A stretch of DNA of 64,000 nt from Acidobacteriota bacterium (GTDB lineage: Bacteria; Acidobacteriota; UBA6911). The DNA lies in NCBI GenBank assembly GCA_963664705.1, contig OY761556.1, forward strand, positions 2,240,001-2,304,000. Reading direction: 5' to 3'. Positions 9,162 through 19,358 of this stretch are shown piece after piece. The first letter of the stretch is position 1, and each line of letters starts with the position of its first letter. Position numbers and translations under genes: made by a program. The notes under the pieces were generated by a model. That model saw only the letters and a list, made by a program, of their open reading frames with translations, had not been told where the DNA came from and made no database searches.

Positions 9162-11261
9162 ATGTCAGGCGGATATACCGGTAAAATTGCACGAGTCAAC
9201 CTTACCACGAAAACAATCAGTACGATCGAGACCGCGAAGTATGAGGAATTTGGCGGCGGGCATGGGATGGGTTCTGCCATCTTCTTCGACCTGGTCGGCG
9301 ACCAGCTCCCTTTTGAGGCCTTCGATCCCAGAAACCTGATCATCATGATGGCTTCCCCGTTCTCCGGCACATTCATGCCGGGCTCCGGCCGCTGCGAAGT
9401 GCAGGGGCTTGGACCGGGCCTCTATCCGGTTGAATGGTTTGGGCACAGCAACTTTGGCGGCAGATTCACCGCCCAGCTGAAGTTTGCCGGTTGGGATGGC
9501 ATCGTTGTTGAAGGTGCCTCCGACAAGCCAGTCTGGATCAATATCGCGGACGATAAAATCAAGATTGAAGATGCCAACGGGATCTGGGGCATGGACACCT
9601 ACGATGCGCAGCAGGAAATTTCGCGGCGCGTCATGCCCAACCTCAGATACGGCGAATGGGCAGAGCTTGCCAACAGCTGCTTCACCACGCAGATTCCTGC
9701 AGTTGTCACTTGCGGCCCGGCCGGAGAGAACCTGAGCCGAATCGCCGGTCTGCTGCACGGTCCCGGTTCGCAGGCTGCTCTTTGCGGATTCGGATCGGTG
9801 TTTGGATCCAAAAAGCTGAAAGCCATCAGCGCGATCGGAACCGGCGGGATACCCATTGCCGATCCGAAGGCGTTCATGGATGCCCGTCTGTGGTTCCGAC
9901 AGTTCCAGTGGGACGTCGACAACCCGCGCGAACCCGAGAAGTTTGCGGGCCGCGGCTACTCCCTGATCAACGGAGCTCCAAGCGGCGGCAACGTCAGCAA
10001 TGGCAGTCTTCCTCTTGTGCCCGCGCGCGCTGCCGCGTGCGCCTCTTGCCCAAGAGGTTGCCGTATGCGCCTGGCTTCGGCCGACAGCAATGAATCGGTT
10101 TGCGCAGGAAGCATGTTTGCGCGCATCGGCGGCGGCGGGTTTGGCATGGCTCCGGGTGGTGCCGGCGCCAATGCAATGCCTCAGGCACTCAGCGGAAAGC
10201 TGACCCGACAGGGCAACGATTTGATGCACCGCTATGGTCTGGGCCACTGGCAGTTGATGGCTACTCAAGGCTACATCCAGTTCCTGGAACGAGCGGGAGT
10301 CTTCGGGAAAGGAAAGGAAATCGATCCCGATCTGCCACCCGCCGGAACTTTCGCCTACTATGAAGCGCTCATGAGAAAGCTGTCGCTCCGTGAAGGCAAG
10401 TTCGGCCAACTGGCCGGCGAGGCCGCCGCGAGAATGGCGGAAAAGCTCGGTCGGTACAAAGAAGATGTGAACTCCGGCAACGTGAGATTGACCTACTGGG
10501 GAACGCAAGAACACTACTCCTCCCAGGTGGAAGTCGAATGGGGCTTCGGTTCGCTGCTCGGAGAACGCGACCTGATGCTGCACCAGATTGCCAACTATCC
10601 GCTTCACTGGATGGCGGCTTCCGGCGCACCATACCTGACTGCAGAAGAAGCTTCCAAGCTTTATGCGGAAGCCATGGTTCCATACAATGACGATCGGTAC
10701 CTCGTGGATTATGGCGAAGGCCCGACCGGAGTTTACTCCGATTCCAAGGTCAAGCAGGTTGCCTGGGTCAAGCACTACGAAAAATTCTGGGTTGGCGCCG
10801 GCGGCTTCTGCGGATGGAGATGGCCCCAGTGCATCACCAACAACACCGCCGACCGGAGAGGCGCCACGCCGCAGGCAGAACCCAGGTTCTGGAACGCGGT
10901 TACCGGCAAGAAAGGTACCTTCGGGGACTATATGGCACTCGGGCACAAGATCTACACTCTTGACCGCGCCATCTGGGTCCTGCAGGGACGGCATCGCAAT
11001 ATGGAAGTCTTCCCGGATTACGTTTATGACAAACCAGCCGGCGGCGGAAGCGAGCTGCCCATGGTCGTCGACGGTGTCTGGAAGTATGACGGCGGCCGCG
11101 GTCGGAAGCTGGATCGCGAAAAAGTCGAAGACTTCAAGACGCGGTTCTATAAATTCGAAGGATACAACTCCGAAAACGGGTATCCGACCAGAGCCACTCT
11201 CGAAAAGATGAATCTCAAGAAGGTGGCTGACCTGTTGCAAAGCAAAGGCAAACTCGGGTAA
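9162..11261 (+). CDS. aldehyde:ferredoxin oxidoreductase family (W/Mo bis-pterin) catalytic subunit
   Basis: GGYTGKIARVNLT, SNFGGRF..LKFAGWDGIVVEG, GPAGENL, FGSVFGSKKLKAI, CASCPRGC, GYPTRATLEKMNL. Confidence 0.9.
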   Translation: MSGGYTGKIARVNLTTKTISTIETAKYEEFGGGHGMGSAIFFDLVGDQLPFEAFDPRNLIIMMASPFSGTFMPGSGRCEVQGLGPGLYPVEWFGHSNFGGRFTAQLKFAGWDGIVVEGASDKPVWINIADDKIKIEDANGIWGMDTYDAQQEISRRVMPNLRYGEWAELANSCFTTQIPAVVTCGPAGENLSRIAGLLHGPGSQAALCGFGSVFGSKKLKAISAIGTGGIPIADPKAFMDARLWFRQFQWDVDNPREPEKFAGRGYSLINGAPSGGNVSNGSLPLVPARAAACASCPRGCRMRLASADSNESVCAGSMFARIGGGGFGMAPGGAGANAMPQALSGKLTRQGNDLMHRYGLGHWQLMATQGYIQFLERAGVFGKGKEIDPDLPPAGTFAYYEALMRKLSLREGKFGQLAGEAAARMAEKLGRYKEDVNSGNVRLTYWGTQEHYSSQVEVEWGFGSLLGERDLMLHQIANYPLHWMAASGAPYLTAEEASKLYAEAMVPYNDDRYLVDYGEGPTGVYSDSKVKQVAWVKHYEKFWVGAGGFCGWRWPQCITNNTADRRGATPQAEPRFWNAVTGKKGTFGDYMALGHKIYTLDRAIWVLQGRHRNMEVFPDYVYDKPAGGGSELPMVVDGVWKYDGGRGRKLDREKVEDFKTRFYKFEGYNSENGYPTRATLEKMNLKKVADLLQSKGKLG

Positions 11262-11286
11262 CCATTCCCTATAAGCCGGGTATATC

Positions 11287-11323
11287 AGGCCAGATCGGTG
11301 CAAGCCGGTCTGGCCTTTTTTTT
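11287..11323 (+). terminator. rho-independent terminator
   Basis: AGGCCAGATCGG-TGCAAG-CCGGTCTGGCCT followed by a run of T. Confidence 0.85.
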
Positions 11324-11398
11324 CATGAATTCCCCAATTGCGCAAATGGCGTAATAATATACAAGTGAAGTTTCGATCCGACTGCTGAGGTGAGAGCC

Positions 11399-12604
11399 AT
11401 GAACAAACCAGTCTTCATAGCGGCCTATCATCAATCAAAATTCGGCAAGTTGATGAATCTCTCGATTCCGGAAATCGTAAGCAAAGCGGTGATGGAGGCT
11501 TGTACGGACATAGGGATTGAGCCGTCCGTCATCGATGTCGGATCCATCGGCGCGGTCTGCAATATGTCTCTGAACGGACAGGGCTTGCTGGCGGGCCTGA
11601 TCGCCATGGTTCCCGGCATGCAGGGAAAACCCATTGAGGCGGTTGAAAACGCATGCGCCACCGGTGGCCAGGCGATTATTTCCGTGATCCACAAACTTCA
11701 GCTCGGACTCGGAGATATTGGAATTGCCGTCGGTTTCGAAAAGATGCGTGACGACCAGGGGAATATGGATGGGAAACAGATCGGAAAAGTTCTCGGCTAC
11801 TTTTCCATTCCTGAGGAACGCGAGGGCAAAGTGTATGTCTTCCCTCACCTCTTTGCCGAAGTCATGGCCGCATATCTCGATCAGCATGGCGTCAGTGAGC
11901 GACAGCTTGCTCAAATCGCCGTCACCGAATATGCCAATGCAAGGCAGAATCCATACGCGCAGATGCACATCAACCTCACGGTAGATCAGGCGGTTACAAT
12001 CGGCGGCATCAATCGCTATATCGTAGATGGACTGCCTTTAAAAACCTACGACTGCTCCCAAATCACCGATGGCTACGCGTCCATCATCCTCACAACAGAA
12101 GCAGGCCTTGCCCAATTGGGTATTTCCAAACACGATTGCGTTGAAATTGCCGGATATGCACAGGCGACGGATCCGTTGAAGAAGGCGGGCCGCGATGTAT
12201 TGCGACCGGCGGGAGCCTATCGAGCTATGAACAAAGCCTACGAGATGGCAGGAATTTCGCCACGCGAGATCAATGTTGCGGAGGTGCACGATTGCTTTAC
12301 CGTTATGGGCGCCCTTGCGACCGAAGTCATCGGAAAGGCGGAATACGGACAGGGCGCCCGTTATTGGGAGGACGGGAAAGCGAGGCCCGATGGCCTGTGC
12401 GGCATCAACACTTCAGGAGGCCTCATCGCAAAAGGCCATCCCATCGGCGCTACGGGAATCGCCATGGTTGGATGGTGCGCATTGCAGCTCCTGGGAAAAG
12501 TGCCGACGGCACTCCAGGTCCCGAATGCCCGCGCGGCCGCCACCTTCAACATCGGCGGACCCATCTGCGCCTCCGTCTGCACGGTTCTTAAAGCGGCAAC
12601 CTAG
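11399..12604 (+). CDS. thiolase family protein (SCP-x/archaeal type)
   Basis: ENACATGG, EVHDCF, INTSGGLIAKGHPIGATG. Confidence 0.88.
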   Translation: MNKPVFIAAYHQSKFGKLMNLSIPEIVSKAVMEACTDIGIEPSVIDVGSIGAVCNMSLNGQGLLAGLIAMVPGMQGKPIEAVENACATGGQAIISVIHKLQLGLGDIGIAVGFEKMRDDQGNMDGKQIGKVLGYFSIPEEREGKVYVFPHLFAEVMAAYLDQHGVSERQLAQIAVTEYANARQNPYAQMHINLTVDQAVTIGGINRYIVDGLPLKTYDCSQITDGYASIILTTEAGLAQLGISKHDCVEIAGYAQATDPLKKAGRDVLRPAGAYRAMNKAYEMAGISPREINVAEVHDCFTVMGALATEVIGKAEYGQGARYWEDGKARPDGLCGINTSGGLIAKGHPIGATGIAMVGWCALQLLGKVPTALQVPNARAAATFNIGGPICASVCTVLKAAT

Positions 12605-12765
12605 GAATTCACTCAATTTCCCGATTTGCCTCCGGGAATGCCTGGTGCTATATTCCTATCAAATTGCTTTACCATGCCTTCATTCGATTCAAAGCTTTAA
12701 TGATGGAGTAGTTGACTGCGTTTGGTCTTGTCTCATGCGTCTACCCTTTTCCAGCGGAGGGGCAA

Positions 12766-13884
12766 ATGAGCTTGATTCAGGCTTGCGTCAGATCCGTTAC
12801 TCTCGCTATCGCTGCACTCGCAGCTGCCTTATCTCCATGGCCCGACGCCTGCGCTCTATCGAGTACAGACCGCGGCGATAGCGAACTGACTGTTTCCGGC
12901 ATCGTGGTGCGCGATGACGGAACACCGCCGCCTTTTGGCACCATCCTGGAGCGCGACTGCGGCAATGGATTCACAAAAGAGGGGGACGTGCAGCCATCCG
13001 GATATTTTTCTTTCTCCAGCAGCAGAAATGTTCTCTCGAATCGCGCCAAGGCTGATTTGAGCGGCAGTGTTCCATCAACCTGGGCGCTTGCCATGGAAAA
13101 AAGAGAGCAACCGCCTCCCTTTGAAATGCGCTTTTGCCTGCTGCGGGCACACCTATCCGGGTATCGATCCGCAACCGCACGCTTGCCCGCAGACCCGGGA
13201 ACCACAAAAGTCGATATCGGCAAAATAGTGCTCTACCCCGAATTGAGATCCAAGGAATCCTCGATACGCCTGACTGCGATTCAAATTCCGGCACAGGCCC
13301 GGAAGTCCTTGCGGCACGCAGTAACGTCCATGCGGAAACTCAAACTGGATAAAGCGCTGGAGGAGCTGACGTCGGCGATCAGCCTGTATCCGACCTATGT
13401 TGAGGCCTGGTACCAAATCGGGCGAGTGCACCAGTATTCCCGGCAATATTCCCAGGCGCAAAAAGCGTTTCAGGAAGCAATTGCCCTGGACCCGGATTAC
13501 CTGCCCGCCTGCCTTGGGCTCGCATCCGTTGCATGGCACCAGCAGGACTGGCCGATGATGCTGCATTGGAGTTCCCGCTGTCTGAAGCTCAGCCCGTTGG
13601 CCTCACCGGAAGCCTACTTTCTGAATGCAATGGCTCTCTACAGAATCGGCATGCTGGATGCAGCAGAGGAGATCGCCAGAAAAGGGATGAAGGTAGATGT
13701 CAAAACGGAATATAGGACATTGCATTTGCTTCTGGGAGAAATCCTGCTGGGCAGGCGTGACATGCAGGGATCCATCCAGGAACTGCGAAGCTATTTGCGG
13801 CTGGCGCCAAAGGCTCCGGATGCAGCCCAGGTCCGGGCTGTCATGGAAAACCGGGAGAAGCAGCTGATCGTCGGCAGCCGGTAG
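12766..13884 (+). CDS. secreted TPR protein with N-terminal beta-sandwich (carboxypeptidase regulatory-like) domain
   Basis: Signal-like N-terminus; VSGIVVRDDG; TPR pattern AISLYPTYVEAWYQIG, YLRLAPKAPDA. Confidence 0.7.
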   Translation: MSLIQACVRSVTLAIAALAAALSPWPDACALSSTDRGDSELTVSGIVVRDDGTPPPFGTILERDCGNGFTKEGDVQPSGYFSFSSSRNVLSNRAKADLSGSVPSTWALAMEKREQPPPFEMRFCLLRAHLSGYRSATARLPADPGTTKVDIGKIVLYPELRSKESSIRLTAIQIPAQARKSLRHAVTSMRKLKLDKALEELTSAISLYPTYVEAWYQIGRVHQYSRQYSQAQKAFQEAIALDPDYLPACLGLASVAWHQQDWPMMLHWSSRCLKLSPLASPEAYFLNAMALYRIGMLDAAEEIARKGMKVDVKTEYRTLHLLLGEILLGRRDMQGSIQELRSYLRLAPKAPDAAQVRAVMENREKQLIVGSR

Positions 13885-13957
13885 CGAGCGCCAGGCCAGG
13901 GCCTTTAAGATTAGTCGGGGTCTACCGGGAGTTCGGCCAGTAGCCCCTGTCTTCGTC

Positions 13958-13997
13958 TGGAATTTGGAATCTGAAATCTGGAATCCGAAATTCCGCA
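13958..13997. repeat. degenerate 7-bp tandem repeat (AATYTGR-like)
   Basis: GGAATTTGGAATCTGAAATCTGGAATCCGAAATTCC between convergent genes. Confidence 0.6.
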
Positions 13998-14028
13998 AAT
14001 AGGCGAGACGCCGATCGTTCCTCCTGGC

Positions 14029-16830
14029 CTAGTGAATAAGGCGCAAACCGGGAGGCAGGGACTCACCGAACACCTGCTTCTCGTCCGCCTCTCCCAGTTC
14101 TGCCAACTGTTCCACCATGAAGATCCACGTAGGGGATGCGCCTGCGGCATGGAGCTTTTCGACCACCAGTTTTCGCAAACCTTCATCCAGATCGCGTTCA
14201 CGGTCTCCGCTCATCCGGGCCAGAAGAGTGGCCGCAAAGCCGGCCGGCTCTGTTTCGCGCCAGTTCTGCTTCAACGCCTGTTCCAGCCACTGCGCCGCGA
14301 CCGCGCGGGGAATCACATTGCTGGCAGATCCGTAAAATGGCACGCGAGCGCCCAACCTTCCGACTGCCCACCAGGTCTGAATGGACTCCGATGGGCTTTT
14401 CAGCCGTTCCAGCAGCCATTCTCCCGCCTCAATCTTGTGCTCGTAATGAATCCGCTCCAACCCGCCGACCAGTCGAACCATGTTGTCATAGCTTGGATTC
14501 CGAGGTTTGCGTTTTCTGGCAGGCACCTTTGACTGCGGGCGCAACTCTTCGGATATCTCGCCAAAGAGCTTTTCCTGTGCCTGCCGGTCCAGCCCGCCGG
14601 CAATCCGCCGCCATAATATCCACCATTCAGACCACACTTGCGCTTCCTGGCTGTACTGCACGCCCTGATCATGGATGGACCAAAGCTGTTGGATTCTCCA
14701 ATCATCGAGCGGAAAACCAAATCCGGGGCGAAGACAGAATCCTGCCAGGTTAAGCCAGACACGCTCGTGGTCCGCAGATCTCCTTCGATGCCGACTCCCG
14801 CTCCAAATGGCGGAGAACAGTTCTCTCAAGGCAGCCGTCTCCCACAGAATCCGGTCGCCCAGAAAACTCTCCAGATCGCGCCGCAAATTGCGCACTTCAC
14901 GGGCATCGACATTGTGTCTGCGCGCTCCATAAACAAGGTCCACGCGATCGGCTGCCTCGCCGAAGCGCGGCGGAAGCTGTCCAGTCATCCCCAAAGCCGC
15001 TCTTCCCGCTCCTCTCAGCTGAAATTCCAGCAGCCATCGATGCTCCGGGTTCTGCTGTTCCACACAGCTCATCTGCAGCGTACCTACCTCGGTAAGAACC
15101 GCGGCCAATTGCACCGGAAGCTCTTCAGAAGCAGATTCCTTCGGGAGCACCGTAGCAATCGGCGGGAGCTGCGAAAAAGACTCTTCCTCAATCCTCGCCA
15201 GTTCGCCTGGTATATAGGTTGTATCTCCAGTAGAGGTTGCCAGATGAAATCGAACCGGTTTGCCCAGGCGAAGCGAGAACACGCGCTCGGGCAGTTGAAT
15301 TTCCCGGCCCTCTTCAATGCCGCGCGGCAATATGCAAACTCCTGTCTTCTTGGTTTCCTCCTCATCTTCGAGAAGGAGAAAGTAGCTGCGTGCGGATCCC
15401 GCGCTGATGCGGATGCCGCTGCCGTGCCGAGTCAGCCCATAGGAAACAGCTCCCCGCGCCACAGCCAGATCAGGGCTGTCGGTATCCAGCCGCCGAACTT
15501 TGCGGCCTGCCCAGTCCTGCACTACCTCAATCAGGCGCTCCGAAAGGAGCGAGCTGTTGAAGACTCCTCCATTCAGCAGGACGGCATCCGGAGCCGGGAT
15601 TCCGGCCTTAGCATCCGGTGGTCTGGCTGCTCCGGAGATTGCCATTTCGCGATTCTCATTGCCCAATGCTTCCCGGGCTACGTTTTGGTAACGACTCAGA
15701 AACGCCGCCAGATGCCTTGTCACCGCTGGATCGGCAACATAGGGGAGGCCAAATTCGACGATGCCTCCTCGCACTTTTTGCGGTCTGTCTTCGGCAGCAG
15801 CGCGCGGATAAAAACCCTCCACCAGCATTTGCTGAACCTCTTCACGCGTCAGTTCCGTGGAACGCGCACCGGCAACAAGTCTTGATCCGGCTCCCACAAC
15901 GGTAACGGTGGTTCGTTCGGGGGCATTGGGTGCCAGCAAAACCTCTTTGGCATGGCGGCATTGTTGTACCAGTTGTGACAAACTTGCGGCTCCAAGCTTT
16001 CCGCCCGCGCTCATGATCCGGCCCTCGGCAAGATGGGCCAGCGCGAGGTCCATATTATCTCCGCCCAACATCAGGTGATCCCCGACCGCAATGCGGCTGA
16101 GTTTGGGCGATTTTCCGCCGGAACCTACCTGGATCAGGGTGAAATCGGTCGTCCCCCCGCCCACATCACAAACAAGGGCCAGCCGGACGCCCTCGAGCAG
16201 CCTGTCCAAATGATGCTCATTTCGCGAAAGCCAGTCGTAGCAGGCGGCCAGGGGTTCCTCAATCAAACGAATGGCCCCCAACCCGGCGATCCGGGCAGCC
16301 TCGACCGTGAGGGCGCGTGCGCCTTCATCGAAGGATGCCGGCACCGTCAACACAATTTCCTGTTCATGCAGCGGAGCGCCGGGAAACCGGTGATTCCATG
16401 CCGAGCGCACGTAGGAAAGGTAGCTTGCGCTGGCATCCACGGGCGAAATCTTTGCAATGTCTTCATGGGCGCCCCATGGCAAAATCGCCTCGGTGCGATC
16501 CACCGCCCTGTGAGAAAGCCAGCTCTTGGCGCTGGTAACCAGCCGTCCCGGCACGCGGGAACCCAGTTCCCGAGCAAGTTCGCCGACAATACCCGGATCG
16601 CTTTGCGGCCATGGAAGCAGGCGATCCGGTTCGGCGAGTTCCCCCGCGGCGGGATGATATCGGACCGAAGGAAGCATGGGGCGAGGCGCGATCTCTCCAG
16701 GCGCAATCAGCTGCTCGATGGCAAACAATTGGACTCCAGGCTTCTCTCCCTGGCGCAATCCACCCAGGTCCACGTAGGCAACAACCGTGTGGGTTGTTCC
16801 CAGATCTATTCCGACGAGATATCGCCGCAT
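14029..16830 (-). CDS. Hsp70/DnaK-like ATPase with C-terminal DUF3731-like domain
   Basis: VGIDLGTT, LTVPASFD, IEEP, DVGGGTTD, LGGDNMD; Trp-rich C-terminus WLNLAGFCLRPGFGFPLDDWR, WRRIAGGL, GESLPPGLRL. Confidence 0.85.
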   Translation of the reverse strand: MRRYLVGIDLGTTHTVVAYVDLGGLRQGEKPGVQLFAIEQLIAPGEIAPRPMLPSVRYHPAAGELAEPDRLLPWPQSDPGIVGELARELGSRVPGRLVTSAKSWLSHRAVDRTEAILPWGAHEDIAKISPVDASASYLSYVRSAWNHRFPGAPLHEQEIVLTVPASFDEGARALTVEAARIAGLGAIRLIEEPLAACYDWLSRNEHHLDRLLEGVRLALVCDVGGGTTDFTLIQVGSGGKSPKLSRIAVGDHLMLGGDNMDLALAHLAEGRIMSAGGKLGAASLSQLVQQCRHAKEVLLAPNAPERTTVTVVGAGSRLVAGARSTELTREEVQQMLVEGFYPRAAAEDRPQKVRGGIVEFGLPYVADPAVTRHLAAFLSRYQNVAREALGNENREMAISGAARPPDAKAGIPAPDAVLLNGGVFNSSLLSERLIEVVQDWAGRKVRRLDTDSPDLAVARGAVSYGLTRHGSGIRISAGSARSYFLLLEDEEETKKTGVCILPRGIEEGREIQLPERVFSLRLGKPVRFHLATSTGDTTYIPGELARIEEESFSQLPPIATVLPKESASEELPVQLAAVLTEVGTLQMSCVEQQNPEHRWLLEFQLRGAGRAALGMTGQLPPRFGEAADRVDLVYGARRHNVDAREVRNLRRDLESFLGDRILWETAALRELFSAIWSGSRHRRRSADHERVWLNLAGFCLRPGFGFPLDDWRIQQLWSIHDQGVQYSQEAQVWSEWWILWRRIAGGLDRQAQEKLFGEISEELRPQSKVPARKRKPRNPSYDNMVRLVGGLERIHYEHKIEAGEWLLERLKSPSESIQTWWAVGRLGARVPFYGSASNVIPRAVAAQWLEQALKQNWRETEPAGFAATLLARMSGDRERDLDEGLRKLVVEKLHAAGASPTWIFMVEQLAELGEADEKQVFGESLPPGLRLIH

Positions 16831-16896
16831 GTCAAATCCCTGCCAATCGATCAATTCGCTGAATTCGCAGCCGCAGGAAAATGCCCTGGAGATCCA

Positions 16897-18726
16897 TTAG
16901 TTCCCTCGAACATTGAATTCCACGGTCCAACGATCCTTCCCGCTTAAAGGCAAAGCCTCCAGCGTAAGGGTCCCAATTTCCGCCAGGCTGGCCCGAAGTC
17001 GGACGGGCACAATGTCTCCCGGATTCCGATTGTCGGCCGGCAGCGTCGCCTCGATATTCTCCAGCTCCTCGAGTTCATCCGGTTTCCAGGACTCTAACGT
17101 GGTCCCCACCGGATCCGTGCGTCGCACCGAGGAACCAAAAAATCTGAACCGCACGGGCTCCCCGACTACCAGCCCGAAGGTCTGCGGCGGAAGCTCTGCC
17201 TCACTTCCCTCTTCCATCCCAAACGGCGCCACACACAAAGCCTGAATGGGCGGCTCTATACCGGGCACTGCCGGCATGGCGCTTTCGATGCCGATATAAA
17301 AAGACCTTGCAGCGCCGCCGCGAATCCGGACGCCCCTTCCACGACGAACGTGCCCGTAATAGGCGGCTCCTTTTGAAACCGCCATATCAAGATCTACTCC
17401 CCTCAGAAGTCTTGCTTCCGGACTTCCTGCTTCACGAAGCCACTTATTCAAGGTCTGCAATGTGCGCTCGGAAAGACTCTGAGCCTTGAACACGCCGCCA
17501 TTGAACAGTACGGCCGAGGGGCGCAAAAAGCCGCCGCGCCCGGCATCCGCGAACCCGGCAAGATCCTCCGCTGCATCCACCTGCCGTGTCAGAAAAGCCG
17601 CCAGATGCTTTGTAATCGCGGGCTCCTGAGCGTATGGCAAACCGACTCTCGTGAGAGCACTGCGTGATCGTGTTACGGGCAAATCGGTGATGTCGACAGA
17701 AGGAAAAAAGCCGTTGATCAGCGTCTGCTCCACTTCCTCCTTTGTCAGTTCAGTGCGCAGCGTCCGCCCAATCAATTTGGATCCGCGACTTGGGACAACA
17801 ACCGGAAACACCGCCAGATCAGGATTCGACAGCAAAGCCTCTTTTGCAGCGCGGCAGCCATGCGTTAATGCCTGCAACTGCCAGAGGTCCATGGTGCCTT
17901 TGTCGGCAAGCTTTTCTTTGAGCAGATGTGCGAGCGCCAAATCCATATTATCTCCACCCAGGAGGATGTGGTCGCCCACCGCTATCCGTCGCAATTCGAC
18001 AGCGCCGTTGCTTTCTGTAACCGCTATGAGCGAAAGATCGGTGGTACCACCACCCACATCAACCACCAGGATGATCTCGCCGACTTTCACCTGTCTTCGC
18101 CAGTCGTTCCCGCTCGACTGAATCCAGTTGTAAAACGCGGCCTGCGGCTCTTCCAGCAACACCAGATTTTCAAATCCGGACACACGGGCGGCTTCGGCCG
18201 TCAATTCCCTGGCCGCCGGATCAAAGGATGCAGGCACCGTCAGTACGACATCCTGCTGCTGAAGCGGCGCATCGGGATGATGATGGTTCCATGCCTCCCG
18301 CATATGCTCCAGGAAATGAATGGATGCCTGAAGTGGAGAAACCGGTCCGATCTCGGCAGGTGCCTCGGGAGGTAGAATCGGGCTGCGCCGGTCCACGCCA
18401 GGATGACAGAGCCAGCTCTTGGCGCTCGACACAAGTCGAATCGGCGTTGTAATCCCCCGCACGCGCGCCAACTCCCCGGCAATAAAGCGCATCGCCGCAT
18501 TCCACGGCAACGCCAGATCGGCAGATGCGAATTCATCGGAGTGAGGAAGATAAAGAAACGATGGCAGCAGCGGCCGCTCCTCAATGGCACCCGGGGCAAC
18601 CAGCTGAGGGATTGGCATCACTTCCACCTGTATCTCCTCCGGCTTTTCTGAATCAGGCCGGACAAAAGCAATGGCACAATTCGTCGTACCTAAATCCATG
18701 CCGACGGAAAATCGCCCCTGGCTCAC
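16897..18726 (-). CDS. Hsp70/DnaK-like ATPase
   Basis: VGMDLGTTN, LTVPASFD, LEEPQAA, DVGGGTTD, LGGDNMD; paralogous to the downstream gene. Confidence 0.88.
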   Translation of the reverse strand: MSQGRFSVGMDLGTTNCAIAFVRPDSEKPEEIQVEVMPIPQLVAPGAIEERPLLPSFLYLPHSDEFASADLALPWNAAMRFIAGELARVRGITTPIRLVSSAKSWLCHPGVDRRSPILPPEAPAEIGPVSPLQASIHFLEHMREAWNHHHPDAPLQQQDVVLTVPASFDPAARELTAEAARVSGFENLVLLEEPQAAFYNWIQSSGNDWRRQVKVGEIILVVDVGGGTTDLSLIAVTESNGAVELRRIAVGDHILLGGDNMDLALAHLLKEKLADKGTMDLWQLQALTHGCRAAKEALLSNPDLAVFPVVVPSRGSKLIGRTLRTELTKEEVEQTLINGFFPSVDITDLPVTRSRSALTRVGLPYAQEPAITKHLAAFLTRQVDAAEDLAGFADAGRGGFLRPSAVLFNGGVFKAQSLSERTLQTLNKWLREAGSPEARLLRGVDLDMAVSKGAAYYGHVRRGRGVRIRGGAARSFYIGIESAMPAVPGIEPPIQALCVAPFGMEEGSEAELPPQTFGLVVGEPVRFRFFGSSVRRTDPVGTTLESWKPDELEELENIEATLPADNRNPGDIVPVRLRASLAEIGTLTLEALPLSGKDRWTVEFNVRGN

Positions 18727-19265
18727 AATTCCACCTCTGCTGAAGCCAGAACGCGAACATCGTGTCCGGATGCGATCTTCGGCAGCGTGACGTTGTTTAC
18801 TCGCCAGCCACGATGGATGAGGTTGCCTGTATAGGGAGGCTTTCCGATGACATTCCCGGTCAGGCGCAGGGAGGACGCGTCAAAACCCTCCGGCAAGGTA
18901 ACGCGGCTTCCTTCTGGTTCATTCCGTATTGGAACTATCTTGAAATGATCGCGTACGGCCTTTCGACAACCCTGATGGACCACGCGCGCGGCGGCTCCGA
19001 TATCGGAATCTGAAACACCGGTGATGTCTTCCTCCAGGAAATCCACAAAGCGCCCCTCTTGCTGCAACAGTCCCAATAATTGAACTGCCGCATCCGGCAG
19101 AGCCTCCTTGAATGCAGCTTGCGGGGTCGATGGCTGGGTTCGCGGCTCCGGTTCCGGTGAAATCGACCGTTTCATCTGTGATGCAAAACCCGCATCGCCC
19201 AAAATTTTAAAGAACAGCTTCAATGCCAGCGACAATCGTTCAAAAAATGACGGATCGTTATTCAC
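18723..19265 (-). CDS. DUF2760 family protein
   Basis: QLLGLLQQEGRFVDFLEED, IGAAARVVH, RLTGNV.G.PPYTG.L.HRGW, AEVEL; GTG start with AAGGAG RBS. Confidence 0.8.
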   Translation of the reverse strand: MNNDPSFFERLSLALKLFFKILGDAGFASQMKRSISPEPEPRTQPSTPQAAFKEALPDAAVQLLGLLQQEGRFVDFLEEDITGVSDSDIGAAARVVHQGCRKAVRDHFKIVPIRNEPEGSRVTLPEGFDASSLRLTGNVIGKPPYTGNLIHRGWRVNNVTLPKIASGHDVRVLASAEVEL

Positions 19266-19358
19266 GGCTACTCCTTTAAAAGAACAGCTCCCGGTTTTCG
19301 GTTTCCGGTTCATATGCCGGAATTGGACCAAAAGCCGGGAACTTCAAGACAGCAGGCT

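Noticed and set aside
9165-11345. 726-aa antisense ORF spanning the AOR gene
   Set aside because: Mirror of a well-conserved gene with strong codon bias; no motifs. Same for 523-1848, 1921-3168, 14638-15885, 21643-22653, 33968-35038 and 52027-53016.
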